A stretch of DNA of 63,637 nt, filler included, from Aduncisulcus paluster (GCA_024181965.1; 8 parts of 8 records of this genome joined end to end with filler, not necessarily neighbours in it); one strand, 5' to 3'; counted from the first letter of the whole stretch, positions 20,874-33,612 are shown. Notes: generated from the letters alone by a model not told the origin. Numbers and translations: made by a program.

Positions 20874-23800
20874 TTACTGTTCGATTTCCCGAAGTAATAC
20901 CCATTCATTGAAATGAATGGCGAGAGTAGCCAAAATCCCATCAATAGAGCTCGGAGCAAAGTAATTTTTAATACTCCATGATGTTTCAGGTGTGGATATG
21001 ATCTTTTTACCCTTTGTGGAGTCACAAACAAGCACAACATTCTCCTTACTTTTTACATGAGAATCCAAGAAAGGCCGCAGAGGGAAAACCCGTGAAGGAT
21101 GCATCGGATCACAAAACGCATGAGCGTTCAATGATGCTTCGGTCAGTATTCTTTCAATATTTCCACTCAATCCGGAGGTATCAGCGTAGCCTCGAGCACT
21201 TCGGACAATACTGCCATCATCATCAACTAATACCAATCCATCGATCATTCCTCCACTCAAAAATAGCGACAGGGAGGCCAACTCAGATCCAAGAGCAATA
21301 ACGATCGTGCGGGGAGGCTGTGAAATCACCGAAGACGATTGGGAAGAATGATCGCTGAAAGTATGACGATCGCCGGAAGAAGGAGTGTTTAGGGACAAAG
21401 AATGGTGGAATAATAAAAACTCTTCAAGTCCTCCTTCCGAACTGTGACCACTCTCAATTAGTTCAGAAAGTGGACGATCACGATATTCATTTTTCTTCAC
21501 GATATCATCATTTTTGGACCAACTTTCACCGAAAATTTCAATAAATTCTCCGAGAAGAGTTGAATGTTGCACCTGTAAAGTATAATCCTCTTTGCTTGAT
21601 GGATTTGAAAGCATATCGAACGAATGCAAGAAGAAGGCATCTGGGCAACTCCCAACTCCCTTCATTGCTCTTTCAAGATATACGTCTGATTCTGTTTCCC
21701 CCTTTCCCACTTCCTTTCCTCCTTGACGCCAATGAACACCGCATTTACGACCCCTGATACACACTCCTTTCCCACTATATGAAGTTCCCCATTTAGAACT
21801 CATTGTCGGCACCTCAGTTTCATAAATAACGGACACAATGACAGAGCGTAGTCGATTCCTCGAAAATATTCGCCCAAGACGAAGAGCAAGTGCCATATGT
21901 TTAACAGGCTGTAGAGAGGCGATGATGATGCGAGTGTTTGAAATGGGACTTGCCGGGAACAGATCTCGAGCAGACTGTCTCAAGTTCTGAATCAACGATT
22001 GTCCGCTAATCAGGGAATGCTGTCCAAAAATAGATCCTCCTTCGGTTAGGGGAGATCGTGGGATAGGAATGGAACCCACAGGATTATTCATTGGGGAGGT
22101 CTCGAATGAAGAAGCTATTCCAACCCCCAACCCCTCATGTCGCTCTGGTTCCATCAAACGGAACTGCTCTCCATCTTCCTCCTCACTCTGCAAGACAGAA
22201 GACATGTCTCTCCCGATACATCCAATATCGTGCATGTCTTCACTGAAACTTTCCTCAGTGTCAACAATTGCAACGGGGCAAGACTTTGTAGATGTTGAAG
22301 AACGGGACGACATCGAACCCTGAAAATCTGTGGATAGCCGGGAGATACGACCTTCTGACGTGGAGGGGAAAGAAGAATATTGTTTGAAAGGAACAAGTCT
22401 GGAGGTAATAAGAGCAAGCATATGACGGAGAAGAGGGTCATTTTGAATCCCCAACTTACTACATTTGCTCAGTATTTTCAGCAGACATTCCCCCAAAAGC
22501 TTGAAATTAATTCGTATCATTTCAGTAGAGTTGAAAGGAGTCGGAGTGAACAAAAGATCCAAAGAATATGATAAAAGCGAGAAGAATAGAACAATTTGAG
22601 TCGTGGGAAGGTAACATAGAGCTCCAGGTGAAGCGGGGTGGAAAAGGAATACAATTCGACAAGGTAACAGAGAAATATCACTGATGGCCATTTCAAGAAG
22701 TGTTGGAATCGACAGTGAAGAATCATCTTGAAAAGCTGTAGAAAGTTGTTTCCGGTCTTCCTTGCGAATGTTTTCCTGATGAAATCCTTCTTGATGATCA
22801 CGTTTCACTTCCCCATTATCCTCACCAATCTTCGTGGAGTTGGAATCGACTCCCTGTCTATCGCCCACTCCTAATAACTCAGTATCTGGGAATCCCACAG
22901 GAGGAGGTGAGATCGATCGAGAATGGTCTGATATTGAGCATGATCTCTCGAATGAGAAGGTTGAACAAGGATCAAGGAACACATTATTATTGGTGTTTCC
23001 ACCCTTTGAAGTGTGAGAAGGTTCATTATCAGGTTGTGAGTCACTTTGAGAGATGGTGCTTGAACTTGAGGCCTCAGACACTTCATCGTGATCAAGTTCA
23101 AGGTCTCCGTCACCTTCCTGACACTCCCCATCCCTTGTTCTTGTAATACTTGGATATATAAGAGAAGCAGGAGCTTTCTTTGAAGGCTGAGATTCGTCAT
23201 GTTTAGTTGTTCTCTCAGCAAGGACCGCTGGACTTGAACTATCACCCAGACGAATGAACATGAAATTGAATAATAAAACATTATTATTACGAGTGTTTGA
23301 AGAAGAAGTATTGATGTTGGGTGAAGAGTTTGAAGGGGTGACCTCATTTTCTTGAATAATATTATGCCCTGTACTCGCTTCATCTCCAACCTGCCCAAGA
23401 AGACTGGCACAGGAGTCATTAGCGTGATCGGAACCCAACAATGGTTTCCACCCGGATATTCCAAGGAAAAAGAAGCGTAACAGAGACACGTAGAATGGTT
23501 CTTTGGTAACCCTTTGAAGCATTACACACAAGGACAGCAGACAAGGAGGAAGCACCATCGAGACAAAAGGCCATCGAGGAGCTGTTTGAGGTCTTTCAAG
23601 TGGAGGATTTATGGAATGTTCGAGGAGAGACATAAATGATTCGGAAGGTGGTACTCTAAAAATAGGATTATCAGTGCCACAAGAAATGATACCGATAGAG
23701 AATATATTTGGAGAAGGCTTGATCATTCCAAGAGAACAAGATTCAACATGTTCCTTTGAGAGCTGCAAAGAAGAGAATACGGTAGCGATATCCTTATTTT

Positions 23801-26800
23801 CACATACGATCGAACAAGCACATACTTGGACATTGAAGTTATTATTATTCCCTTGAGCATCATGGAATGCATTCTGGTGCTCTGGTGAGGAGATGGCAGG
23901 AAGGATTATTCGGTTTCCACAATGCTTACATGTCGTCCACGCCCGTTTCCTGGCAACCCTTGATGGTCCCATAGTTTTGTGACCCCTCATAAGGACAGAC
24001 ACAGAGCCTCTCCCACTTACACACAGACTTCTGAGTGGAATGAGAGAGTAAATGAGCGACAAAGCAGTCACATCGAATGGAGAAAAGAGAGAGAGGGCCA
24101 ATTGAGAGAGAGAAGGGGATAGAAGCTTGAGGGAAGGGGAGAGGAGAGATGTGATAAGAATAAGAGAAAGAGAAGACTCGTCGGACAAAGGGGGGTTTGA
24201 TTCGATGGCAGAATGACAGGAATGACAAGAATCACATGAAGGCGATGTTAGATCAACCATGCCAAGACCACTATCACATTGTGAGACAATCTCAGAGCCA
24301 GGGAGGAAGGGAATCACACCACATCCTGGAGGAGCTTCATGGGATGTCAGAGTTATACTCTTTCTTTCTCCCTCTGCTTCTTGTTCTCTAAGCCACAAAA
24401 TATCGCCACGTTTCTGCTCCACAGCTTGCTCAGCCTCAATATCACCCAGAATGGTATCATTCACCGGTTGGGACCTGCCGATCACTGGTTTACCCATCCC
24501 ATCGGTGCCACCTCCAACCATTGTTTCAGCAGTCCCCTCCTTCCATCTATGACTACCTCTCTTCTTCTGACAACCAGTTGCTACATTTCTCTCTTCAATA
24601 AGTCTTTTCATAAGGCTAAACCCATCAGCGGCTTCATCAGAGGCATCACTTTCAAGACCTCCACGTGATGATGTGTGCAAAATGCCATCCTGTGCAAGCG
24701 AAATGTCCACATCACCATCGTCAATCTCACCGCCCATCTTCCCTCGTCCACACATGGAGCACACAGCCACCGCAAGATGAAGGGCATAGTTCACTCCAAC
24801 ACCGTTAAATAAGAGAGATGAGAGTGCCAACGAAGGGGGTATAGAGCCAAGCGACAGCTTAGAACTGGGAAGAGAAGATTCAGAGGAAGAAGAGGAAGAA
24901 GAAGAGGAAGAAGAAGAGGAAAGGAGACTCTTTCTAGCAATGGGAGCCTGTTCTTTCTTCCCGTTAGTCTTTGCTTGCTCATTCAATACAGATTCCTCAT
25001 TCCACCCCAGGACAGTGTCCAAAAGAATGGTCTTCACAGCATCTTGGCCCTCGGATGTCTTCCTATTCTTCAGTGTATTCACACTGTTTCNNNNNNNNNN
25101 NNNNNNNNNNAGCCACCGCAAGATGAAGGGCATAGTTCACTCCAACACCGTTAAATAAGAGAGATGAGAGTGCCAACGAAGGGGGTATAGAGCCAAGCGA
25201 CAGCTTAGAACTGGGAAGAGAAGATTCAGAGGAAGAAGAGGAAGAAGAAGAGGAAGAAGAAGAGGAAAGGAGACTCTTTCTAGCAATGGGAGCCTGTTCT
25301 TTCTTCCCGTTAGTCTTTGCTTGCTCATTCAATACAGATTCCTCATTCCACCCCAGGACAGTGTCCAAAAGAATGGTCTTCACAGCATCTTGGCCCTCGG
25401 ATGTCTTCCTATTCTTCAGTGTATTCACACTGTTTCCAATATCCAGCATGTCTCCAAAGGAAGAGAAGGAAGAAGCACCCATGAGTGATGAAAACATCAC
25501 CTCTGAGGATGTCTGTTGGGGGCCAGCCGTTCCGGAGGAAGAAGCAGAAGTTCCTGGTTGAGAATAGAGTTGAGCTGTCGATATCTTGTGGCTTCCTTGA
25601 CCTCCTTGATGTTCACGAGAGTGTCTTGGGGAAGAGGTTGAAGAGCCATCTTGCCCATACAAAGGTGAAGGAGTCCTTGAAGAAGGTGGGGACAGACATG
25701 AACACACACCACGCATCGGTGGCAGTGATAACAAGAGATAATCATCATTCATGCACATCACATAGGCTTCAGAGGAGTGCCGAGTCGATGGATACATTAG
25801 AATCTGACTCGTGGCAGGAGAAATACGGCCAGACGAGGAGCCAGAGATCCTATCTGCGGCTCCGTGATGCCCCCATTGGTTAGAAGTTCCTTCAGAAGGA
25901 GGATCAGCACCCCCGTATCCTGATGAATCGTCCCAAACAGCTACTCTGACTCCACTGCCGCGTTGAATGAAAGGGAGGTAGAAAGGGACAATCAGTTCCG
26001 GTACTTGTAGCGATGCCACGGATCCGTGTCCTCTTGTAGATAGGTAAGGAGTTGATGGAGCAGATATAATCAGAGATCCACTCTCGCTATTGATCAATCC
26101 AGGCAATGGAGAAGATATCCCAGCACTACTTGTTGCAGAAACATCCCATACTTGTGAAGAACCTGGCAAGTTGCTTGAGAAAGAGTGAGAGAAAGATTGT
26201 GACCTTGAATGTGGCTGATGTTGGGAGGAGAAAGAACGAGCGGAACAATGATAGGAGCCACGAGAGAATGTTTTGCCCCACATGGCAACATGATGAGCTG
26301 CTGGAGAGAAAGAGTACGTTAGATCATCAACCAACAATCCATTTTCGCTGAGAATGGAAGTGGATGACCGAGCAAAGGGTCTTGACGAGAGAAGGGAAAA
26401 TGGAGAACGAAGAGAAGATACCAGGGACTTTGTGAAAGGGAAGGAGAATCTGCCTATATTTGTCGAACGAGTAGTCGTAGTCGTATCAGATACTTGGTAC
26501 TTCTTGGATATTTGATATTGGGATGAAGTTGTGTTTGTGCCACATAGCTTCCTAATAAGTTCAAGATGTTCCTCTGAAGATTCATCGTCTTCGGACAGTC
26601 CATCGAGTGTAATATCATTCATATCCTCATCAAGCATCAGGGGTGTTGAAGAATTCAGAGATCGCGGGACAGATGAGATATCATCGCCTGTATATCCACC
26701 AACAATACCCTCGGAATCCCTGGCGCTAGCAAATGGGAATAGGGTGGAAGGGATGATAATTCCATGTGAGGTTGATTTGTAATGTTGGAAGAAGGTATGA

Positions 26801-28763
26801 TTTAGATATGGACGAGAAGTCCTTCTATTAGAAATTGATGACAAAACCCCATTTGTGAATTGATTATTAAATACTTTATCATACGCTATTCCACCATTCT
26901 TCTTGGATTTCGAATGACGCGAACTGATTCCATCGTATTGTTCAGATGCCGACAAATCGAAAGAATTCGTCGTTGTTGGTTGATCATTATCTTCAGTAAA
27001 TACCATTTCAGGCGGAAATACATCAGCTGACCCCACAGAAGGGAATGAAGGGTTGAAAGGCATATGAACGCTAGTCATCTTGTCAATGCCATGCTCGTCA
27101 CTCACAGAGAAATGCATGTCAGATGCAGACAGAGATAGAGACGCCCGTGGAGATGATATCCCACTTTGAATGGACCCGAGAGTCCCACTACGAGCACTGT
27201 TCAAGAGTCTGTGTTGATAATATGGGATTGGCGTTGCATGAACTCCACTCATGACGATAGAAGACGGGGGTTGGGGGAGAAATGATACCACTCCACAGCA
27301 AGATGAGGAGGAAGAAGGGGCCGCGTAGCCATCCANNNNNNNNNNNNNNNNNNNNATATGAACGCTAGTCATCTTGTCAATGCCATGCTCGTCACTCACA
27401 GAGAAATGCATGTCAGATGCAGACAGAGATAGAGACGCCCGTGGAGATGATATCCCACTTTGAATGGACCCGAGAGTCCCACTACGAGCACTGTTCAAGA
27501 GTCTGTGTTGATAATATGGGATTGGCGTTGCATGAACTCCACTCATGACGATAGAAGACGGGGGTTGGGGGAGAAATGATACCACTCCACAGCAAGATGA
27601 GGAGGAAGAAGGGGCCGCGTAGCCATCCAAAGCCTTGTAACAATCATTGTCACACAGATCGTAGCCAGCACAGCTTGTGCCTTCAAAGAGTTTCCTCTTT
27701 CCGCGCAGACAAGAGTGGATCGGGGTTGGATTGACACGACCGACATAATGAACATGGGAGAAAACAACAAAGCCATGCACAGGTAGAGAGAATGAGATGG
27801 CCCCTGAACCTACTCGAACATTGTGAGAGGCAAGGAAGTGAGTCCTTGAGGCCTTGGTGAATGAATTGAGGGTAGATAACAACGAAGGCTGTCCCTTTCC
27901 AGTAGAATTCCTTGAATCGATTAGAGATCCTCTCTGTCCACCTCTCTTGTTGGCAGCAGGAGACTGGTTCAATCCAGAAAACCTACCAGGGATTCCTCTT
28001 GTCTCTGCATAAGGAATGAAGACATTGTGAGTATGATTATGCGACATCATTCGCAGCAATACTCCATAGTCATTCAACCATCCTTCTTCACCTTCACGCT
28101 CTGTCTGGAGCTTCTTATACGCTCTATTTGAACTAACCATCGTCCGAGCTCTCTTCTCCTGGCGTACACTGTTCTCCATGGCTCTGACATCGATAGTAAT
28201 CCATCTGTCGACATACATACTCTCTTTCCAGATACACTGAATGGAAGGGATATGAAGGAGTTCTGGCGTGTTTAACACATGAGCGGTCAAGAGAAGTGAA
28301 AACTCTGAGGAAAGAATAGAGAATAAAGATGGAGCTGAGCTTCCATTCTTGGTACTTTGACTCATGAGAGAGTGTTGAAGCAGAGAAGATTCGTCAGAAC
28401 CAGGGATAAATCCACAACAACAAGCAGTAGTAATGGGTGACTTTCCATCTTCCTTTGCAATAGAATTGTACCGGTTGATACTCTCTTTCTTGCTCTTCCA
28501 TTTCCACTGTCCTTCAGATTGGACACTATTACCATTACTCTCATCAAGAAGATCTTCATGAATACTATTTCTGTACATTTGGCCCCATCTCGAGGGAGAA
28601 CTACAAGAAGAAGGAGAACTACAAGAAGAAGAAAACAAGGGGGAGCATTGTGAACAAGACTGTTCATGAAGAATGTTTTTCTTGTATCTACCTGATCCTT
28701 TCAGAGTTTCTTTCTCCTTAGATTTCTCTTCGTTTCTGGCCTTAACCCATTCATCTCTTCCTC
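20874..28763 (-). CDS. Giant Ser-rich hypothetical protein (>2400 aa, 5'-partial), split by two scaffold-gap duplications
   Basis: Removing the duplicated overlaps plus Ns (346 and 294 bp) gives one continuous frame of 2416 codons, open to the contig end. Contains CxxC (CKHC) and an alpha/beta-like C-terminal region; no family recognised. Confidence 0.75.
24765..25436. repeat. 326-bp direct duplication flanking a 20-N gap (assembly overlap)
   Basis: 24765-25090 matches 25111-25436. Confidence 0.93.
27062..27629. repeat. 274-bp direct duplication flanking a 20-N gap (assembly overlap)
   Basis: 27062-27335 matches 27356-27629. Confidence 0.93.
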
Positions 28764-28863
28764 NNNNNNNNNNNNNNNNNNNNNNNNNNNNNNNNNNNNN
28801 NNNNNNNTTAATTAATTAANNNNNNNNNNNNNNNNNNNNNNNNNNNNNNNNNNNNNNNNNNNN
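28764..28863. other. Artificial contig linker
   Basis: N/TTAATTAATTAA/N. Confidence 0.99.
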
Positions 28864-29610
28864 GGCAGAGTAAGGAAGTGGGAACAAGAGCTCATACATG
28901 TCGTTCTTTCGAGCCTGCTCTTCTTCTAGAGCAATTATATCAGTGATCTCAACATCAGAGAGTGAATCAACATTCAAAGTGGCCTCATGGGAGTCTAACA
29001 TAGGGATAGAATAGTGTCTGTGAACATAACTGGAAGAGGAAGCAGTAGAGGGCCTTGAGAAAGTCATTGAAGAGTCCTTTTTGTCGATCCTGGCATAGCT
29101 TGAAACAGACATAGGCGGTCTGAGACTGGCTAGATGCATGGAATACTTCAGCATGGGCCATTTTATCCGTTTGTCGAGAGGGGAAGGAGAACCAGTAGAT
29201 GGGGAGGTATTGACCTCAATAAGCCACGGTTTGAGTTTGTCATCGATCAAAACATCGAAACCATACAACTCAAATGCAACAGGATAATCTCTTTCACGGC
29301 CGGAGGGAGTAGCAGCAATCAAGGAGGACACAACGTTAGGTTCAGCTGCAATAAGAGTCTTACGAACTAAATCCTTGATTCTAGACCATAACACGGTCGT
29401 GTTGACACCATTCGTGGCAAGATGGGACAAGAGTTGAGTGAGAGCCCATTTAGAACTCATTTCATCACCTGTAGCAGAGTCAGGTTCAACAAACTTCTCT
29501 CTACCCTTGTTGAGGCTGTAATTCGTCAAATGCATGTATAAGTGTCTCCGAGTAATAGCACACCGCTGCAAACTTGATTTCAATGAATACTTTGTGGTTA
29601 TCAAATCCAT
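28864..29610 (-). CDS. Tubulin polyglutamylase (TTLL4/5-like), C-terminal half of the TTL domain only
   Basis: MHLTNYSLNK, SSKW, FELYGFDVLIDDKLKPWLIEVNTSPS, DKRIK. The N-terminal ATP-grasp motifs are absent upstream. Confidence 0.85.
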
Positions 29611-29869
29611 AGACAGCGTTAGACTCCGTTATATATCCATCTATCTTCTTTGGGTTGATTAAAGTTGTAAGCAAGCATATGATCCTCGACAGACCTGAGT
29701 AAAAGCTATGCGATTGATATCGTCTTCTCTGATATAAAAATTGAGACTGGGATCCACAATAAAATATATATTGGTAAGGTTTATTGTGCCAATTGGAGAT
29801 GGATCCGAGAATTCAAGGTGCATTTCACCTTTATTGTTTATTCAACTAAAATGGAAATAAATCAAGAAA

Positions 29870-30739
29870 TCACCTCACTTCTTGCAAAACCTCACCTATC
29901 TCTGATAGCATTTTGTCATATAGCATATTGTCATCTGCAGAATATTCATCCAAAGGTTCTCGAGGGATTTCGGTCCTTGATTCGCTATTACATATCATGA
30001 CCGTGGTCACTTCAGGAATTGTTTTATGTTCAATTGGTTTTCTTGTTAGGATTTTCTTTTTCTTAACTCTTCTTCGCACTTTCCTTGCACCTTGTATAGG
30101 TAATTTAGGAAAATGTTCCACTAATGTCGTTGGAAGTTGAACTGGAGCCCTTGGTGCAGGTATATATTGGGTTCCTACGGGAGTACTTATGCTACATGTC
30201 TTATTCTTATGTGTTGAATCATGTTCTTTCTTCTTCTTAGATGTTTTATGATGTTCAGATATTTTATAATGTTCAGATGGATATTTTCTCTTCTCTTCTT
30301 CTTGTTTTAATTGTGCTTCCATATGGACAACTCTTTGCCTGTCCCAAGTATACAGAAAAGTCGAGGGAACTCGACGATAATAGGTTGATACAATGTCACA
30401 AGCACCTTCTTTCCCAAAATAAATATCTTCATCATCTGGTTTAGCCATAAATATTCCATTTTTGGGGTCATAAATAGAATAAGAGAGAGGTGGAGACAGG
30501 CTTTGTGAAGTATCTTCCTTCTTAGGAGTTTTTTTCACAGGAGAAATAGAAGAATCGCCATCATCTTTGTTCATATCAATTCCAAAGTGCATATGCATCA
30601 ATGACCTAGGCTGAGATGTCGAAGGAGAGAGTGAAGTATCTAATGGTGCCGATTTCTTATCTACTGGTTTGTGCATATTTGATAAGAGGGATAAAGTGCG
30701 CCTACGTACTTCGTCCCTCTTCTTTTTTATGATATTCAT
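29870..30739 (-). CDS. Basic hypothetical protein
   Basis: ~289-aa ORF from ATG 30739. Confidence 0.65.
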   Translation of the reverse strand: MNIIKKKRDEVRRRTLSLLSNMHKPVDKKSAPLDTSLSPSTSQPRSLMHMHFGIDMNKDDGDSSISPVKKTPKKEDTSQSLSPPLSYSIYDPKNGIFMAKPDDEDIYFGKEGACDIVSTYYRRVPSTFLYTWDRQRVVHMEAQLKQEEEKRKYPSEHYKISEHHKTSKKKKEHDSTHKNKTCSISTPVGTQYIPAPRAPVQLPTTLVEHFPKLPIQGARKVRRRVKKKKILTRKPIEHKTIPEVTTVMICNSESRTEIPREPLDEYSADDNMLYDKMLSEIGEVLQEVR

Positions 30740-30848
30740 TGTAATTGAAGACAAAAATGAGCTTTTGAAATTTTTTTTCAAATCTTAGAAGACACCACTC
30801 ATTCCATCTCACATATTATCCAAAATAATCAAATATCTATCAACAATT

Positions 30849-31850
30849 TTATTCTCTAAGAAGGCTTTTCTTCATAATTTTCATTCTTTTGCTCTTCCAT
30901 TTCTGGAGCCCCGATTGAAGTTTTTTTATCTCCTTTTCCTTTCCCACTATCATTTTATCGAAACGAGCGGACCGTTGTTTAACTTCTTTCAATGCACTCT
31001 TAATCCCAAACCTAACTTCGAGAGGGGCGTCTTTCTCATCTTCATCATGGAAAACTGCCAGAGGACGAACGTCATCTGAAGAAGATTTCATCAATTCTTC
31101 CCCACATTTTTGCACGATATCACCGATTGTAAGAGAGGACATCGACCCAATATCTCCAAGAGAAATAGAAGGAATGCTATCATATTTATATTTGAGAGAG
31201 AACATATGTTTATCAATAAATGAGGAGCAAAAAGTTTTCACCGATGAATACTTACTCGGAACACCCAAAGATTCTCTCTCAATATCTGATATTCTGCACA
31301 CTCCATTCTTATTGATGAATTGATGGATTAAACATTGCCTTGCCACATTTATACTCATGCCATCGCATTCAATGGCATCTGATACGGCAAGAGTAGATGA
31401 ATCTGGCTTTGAAAAAAGATGATGAAGAGATTTTGGAAAGAAAACATATGGAGTATGGATAATAATTTCGGAATGTGGTTGAGGAAGATTAATAATGAAT
31501 ATATTGATCTGACTATCGTGATATTGAAATGATGATTTCATTAAGGGTTTGGATTCGTGATCGTCGACAGAAAAAGTTAACTTCTTTGAACACCTTCTAT
31601 TTGGTCGGAATGCTTGTGGGTTATGAATACATTCTTTGGTTTTAAATAAATTACTTTTAGATGGATCATATATGGAAATAATAACACAAAATTCACTCTT
31701 GGTCACTGGATCGATGAGAATTATTGGTAAATGCATTTCAAATTCAATAAAGTGACTTTCGTCATCATTTTTCTGTTTTTTTAACGTAAAAGACGAAACC
31801 TTTTCTATTGAACTTTCAAGATGTCTCAACTTTTCAAGTAGATGTTCCAT
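30849..31850 (-). CDS. Hypothetical protein with C-terminal coiled coil
   Basis: ~333-aa ORF from ATG 31850. Confidence 0.7.
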   Translation of the reverse strand: MEHLLEKLRHLESSIEKVSSFTLKKQKNDDESHFIEFEMHLPIILIDPVTKSEFCVIISIYDPSKSNLFKTKECIHNPQAFRPNRRCSKKLTFSVDDHESKPLMKSSFQYHDSQINIFIINLPQPHSEIIIHTPYVFFPKSLHHLFSKPDSSTLAVSDAIECDGMSINVARQCLIHQFINKNGVCRISDIERESLGVPSKYSSVKTFCSSFIDKHMFSLKYKYDSIPSISLGDIGSMSSLTIGDIVQKCGEELMKSSSDDVRPLAVFHDEDEKDAPLEVRFGIKSALKEVKQRSARFDKMIVGKEKEIKKLQSGLQKWKSKRMKIMKKSLLRE

Positions 31851-32071
31851 TCTAAGGGCACAAAGCCACAGTTTGTTCCCAGTATTTTGCAAAGAATATT
31901 GGGAATGATAAAATGTATATTATACATTCAACGAAAAGTATTAATGATAATTTATCGTTTTATTTTTGTTTGAATCGAATATCCAGCTCGCTACAATTTT
32001 TCCTATGTTTTGGAACAAATACAAATATTTTTTCACCTTAATTGAATCATATTTATTAATACCAATTCATA

Positions 32072-32752
32072 ATGAAAGTATACGGCGACCTAATTCGTTC
32101 GATGCATCTAGATGTGAAACACTCTCTTCTACCTGCTCGATCTGTTCAAATGCTTCTCGAATTTTTTGCTTTGATTGATGTTCGTGGAAAAGGATTTATT
32201 GATGATATTGTTTTTACTGTTTTGATGGAAATATTTACTGATCTAGGCCCTAAACAGATCGAAAACGTTTTTAATATGTTTGATGTTGATTTGAGTGGTT
32301 GTATGGAATTTGATGAGTTTTATCTTCTTATTTGTATGCTCATTGCTATTAAGGATGGCGATGAAAAGTTATTTTTGTTCAGACATTCAAAGATTTGTTT
32401 CCAGCTCCTTGATGTTGATGGGAGTGGCACAATTGATCGACAAGAGTTAGAAAGATTAGGTATCATCTTTAATTTTAGTACAGTCGCTTCGAGACGGCTG
32501 TTTGATGAATTTGACATTAATGGGAACAAACAACTCGATGTGAAAGAGTTTCAAATGCTTACTTTGGCCTGTTTGGATGAAGAACAGAAACTTGTGTCAT
32601 ACACAAAAGAAAAAAGGAAAGAGGGTGGATTTCCATGGCTTTGGTTCAATATTAAGTGTTTCTTTGGAATGGCCATTTCTGATGTTGATGAATATCTCGA
32701 AAAGAAGGATAAGAAATCAAAGTCTGGGTCGGCATTACGTGACGGAGGTTAA
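32072..32752 (+). CDS. EFCAB9: EF-hand Ca2+-binding protein, EFCAB9 orthologue
   Basis: Collinear with EFCAB9 as recalled: HLD..SLL..RSV..L.EFF..IDVRGK..DD..F...TDL...QI..VF.MFD....G..EFDEFYLLICMLIA.....EK.FLFRHS...FQLLD, FN......LFDEFDI.G...L...EF. Confidence 0.82.
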   Translation: MKVYGDLIRSMHLDVKHSLLPARSVQMLLEFFALIDVRGKGFIDDIVFTVLMEIFTDLGPKQIENVFNMFDVDLSGCMEFDEFYLLICMLIAIKDGDEKLFLFRHSKICFQLLDVDGSGTIDRQELERLGIIFNFSTVASRRLFDEFDINGNKQLDVKEFQMLTLACLDEEQKLVSYTKEKRKEGGFPWLWFNIKCFFGMAISDVDEYLEKKDKKSKSGSALRDGG

Positions 32753-32799
32753 CAAATAGAGACAGTTGCAATTTATTATTCTTTCGGGAGACAAAATAA

Positions 32800-33612
32800 T
32801 CATTTTTCGAGATGCTTTTCGAGTTTAGCGAAGGCAGATTCATCAACACATACATGCACAGGAGCACCGCCCCGAAGCCAAGCGGCCGGACAATGTTCTG
32901 GCTCTCCAAATACCATATCATATAAAGCCTGCTGTTTGTTAGCACCTGTTGCAATCAACAATATTTCTCTAGCTTCACATATTGTGCCAATTCCAACAGA
33001 TACGGCACGAGACGGGACAGAACAATCGGAATCAGTAAAAAATCTCGTGTTAGCTTCGATGGTATCCTTTGTTAGCTCAACTATTCTTGTTCTACTTGAT
33101 TTTGAAGAACCTGGCTCGTTAAAGGCGATATGTCCATTCCTTCCAATTCCAATCAGCCATAAATCAACGCCTCCTTTATGAACAATAAGTTTTTCGTATT
33201 CTTCACATTCTTTTTTAACAACATCGTCGAGGGAGCTTTCTTCTAAATCTGGAAAATATCCTTTGGGAATATGAATCGAAGAAGATGGGATTGGAACATG
33301 AGAGAATAGATTATGATTCATGAAATGGGCATAACTTTGATCATGGGTTGGGTGGAGTCCCAAATATTCATCAAGATTGAAGGTTTCGATTCTAGAAAAA
33401 TCAATGGACCCATGTCTAGATTTTTTGATTAATTCTTGGTATGTTAATACTGGTGTACCTCCAGTGGCAAGGCCAAGATTAAAACATGCCTTTTCTGGAC
33501 GGGTTTTAGCTTTGTAAAGTCTTTCGACAATATTAGAGGCTTCTACAGCAACTTGGACTGAATCTTTGGATACAACAAAACTAAAATTTGCATATTCATA
33601 TAGTTTTGACAT
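32800..33612 (-). CDS. nagB: Glucosamine-6-phosphate deaminase/isomerase
   Basis: LGLATGGTP, TFNLDEY, GIGRNGHIAFNEPGS, ANTRFF, ATGANK; ATG at 33612. Confidence 0.96.
   Translation of the reverse strand: MSKLYEYANFSFVVSKDSVQVAVEASNIVERLYKAKTRPEKACFNLGLATGGTPVLTYQELIKKSRHGSIDFSRIETFNLDEYLGLHPTHDQSYAHFMNHNLFSHVPIPSSSIHIPKGYFPDLEESSLDDVVKKECEEYEKLIVHKGGVDLWLIGIGRNGHIAFNEPGSSKSSRTRIVELTKDTIEANTRFFTDSDCSVPSRAVSVGIGTICEAREILLIATGANKQQALYDMVFGEPEHCPAAWLRGGAPVHVCVDESAFAKLEKHLEK

Noticed and set aside
24765-27629. Tandem duplications within the giant ORF (likewise 56554-57339)
   Set aside because: Each pair exactly flanks a 20-N gap and collapsing it gives an intact frame: unmerged scaffold overlaps.
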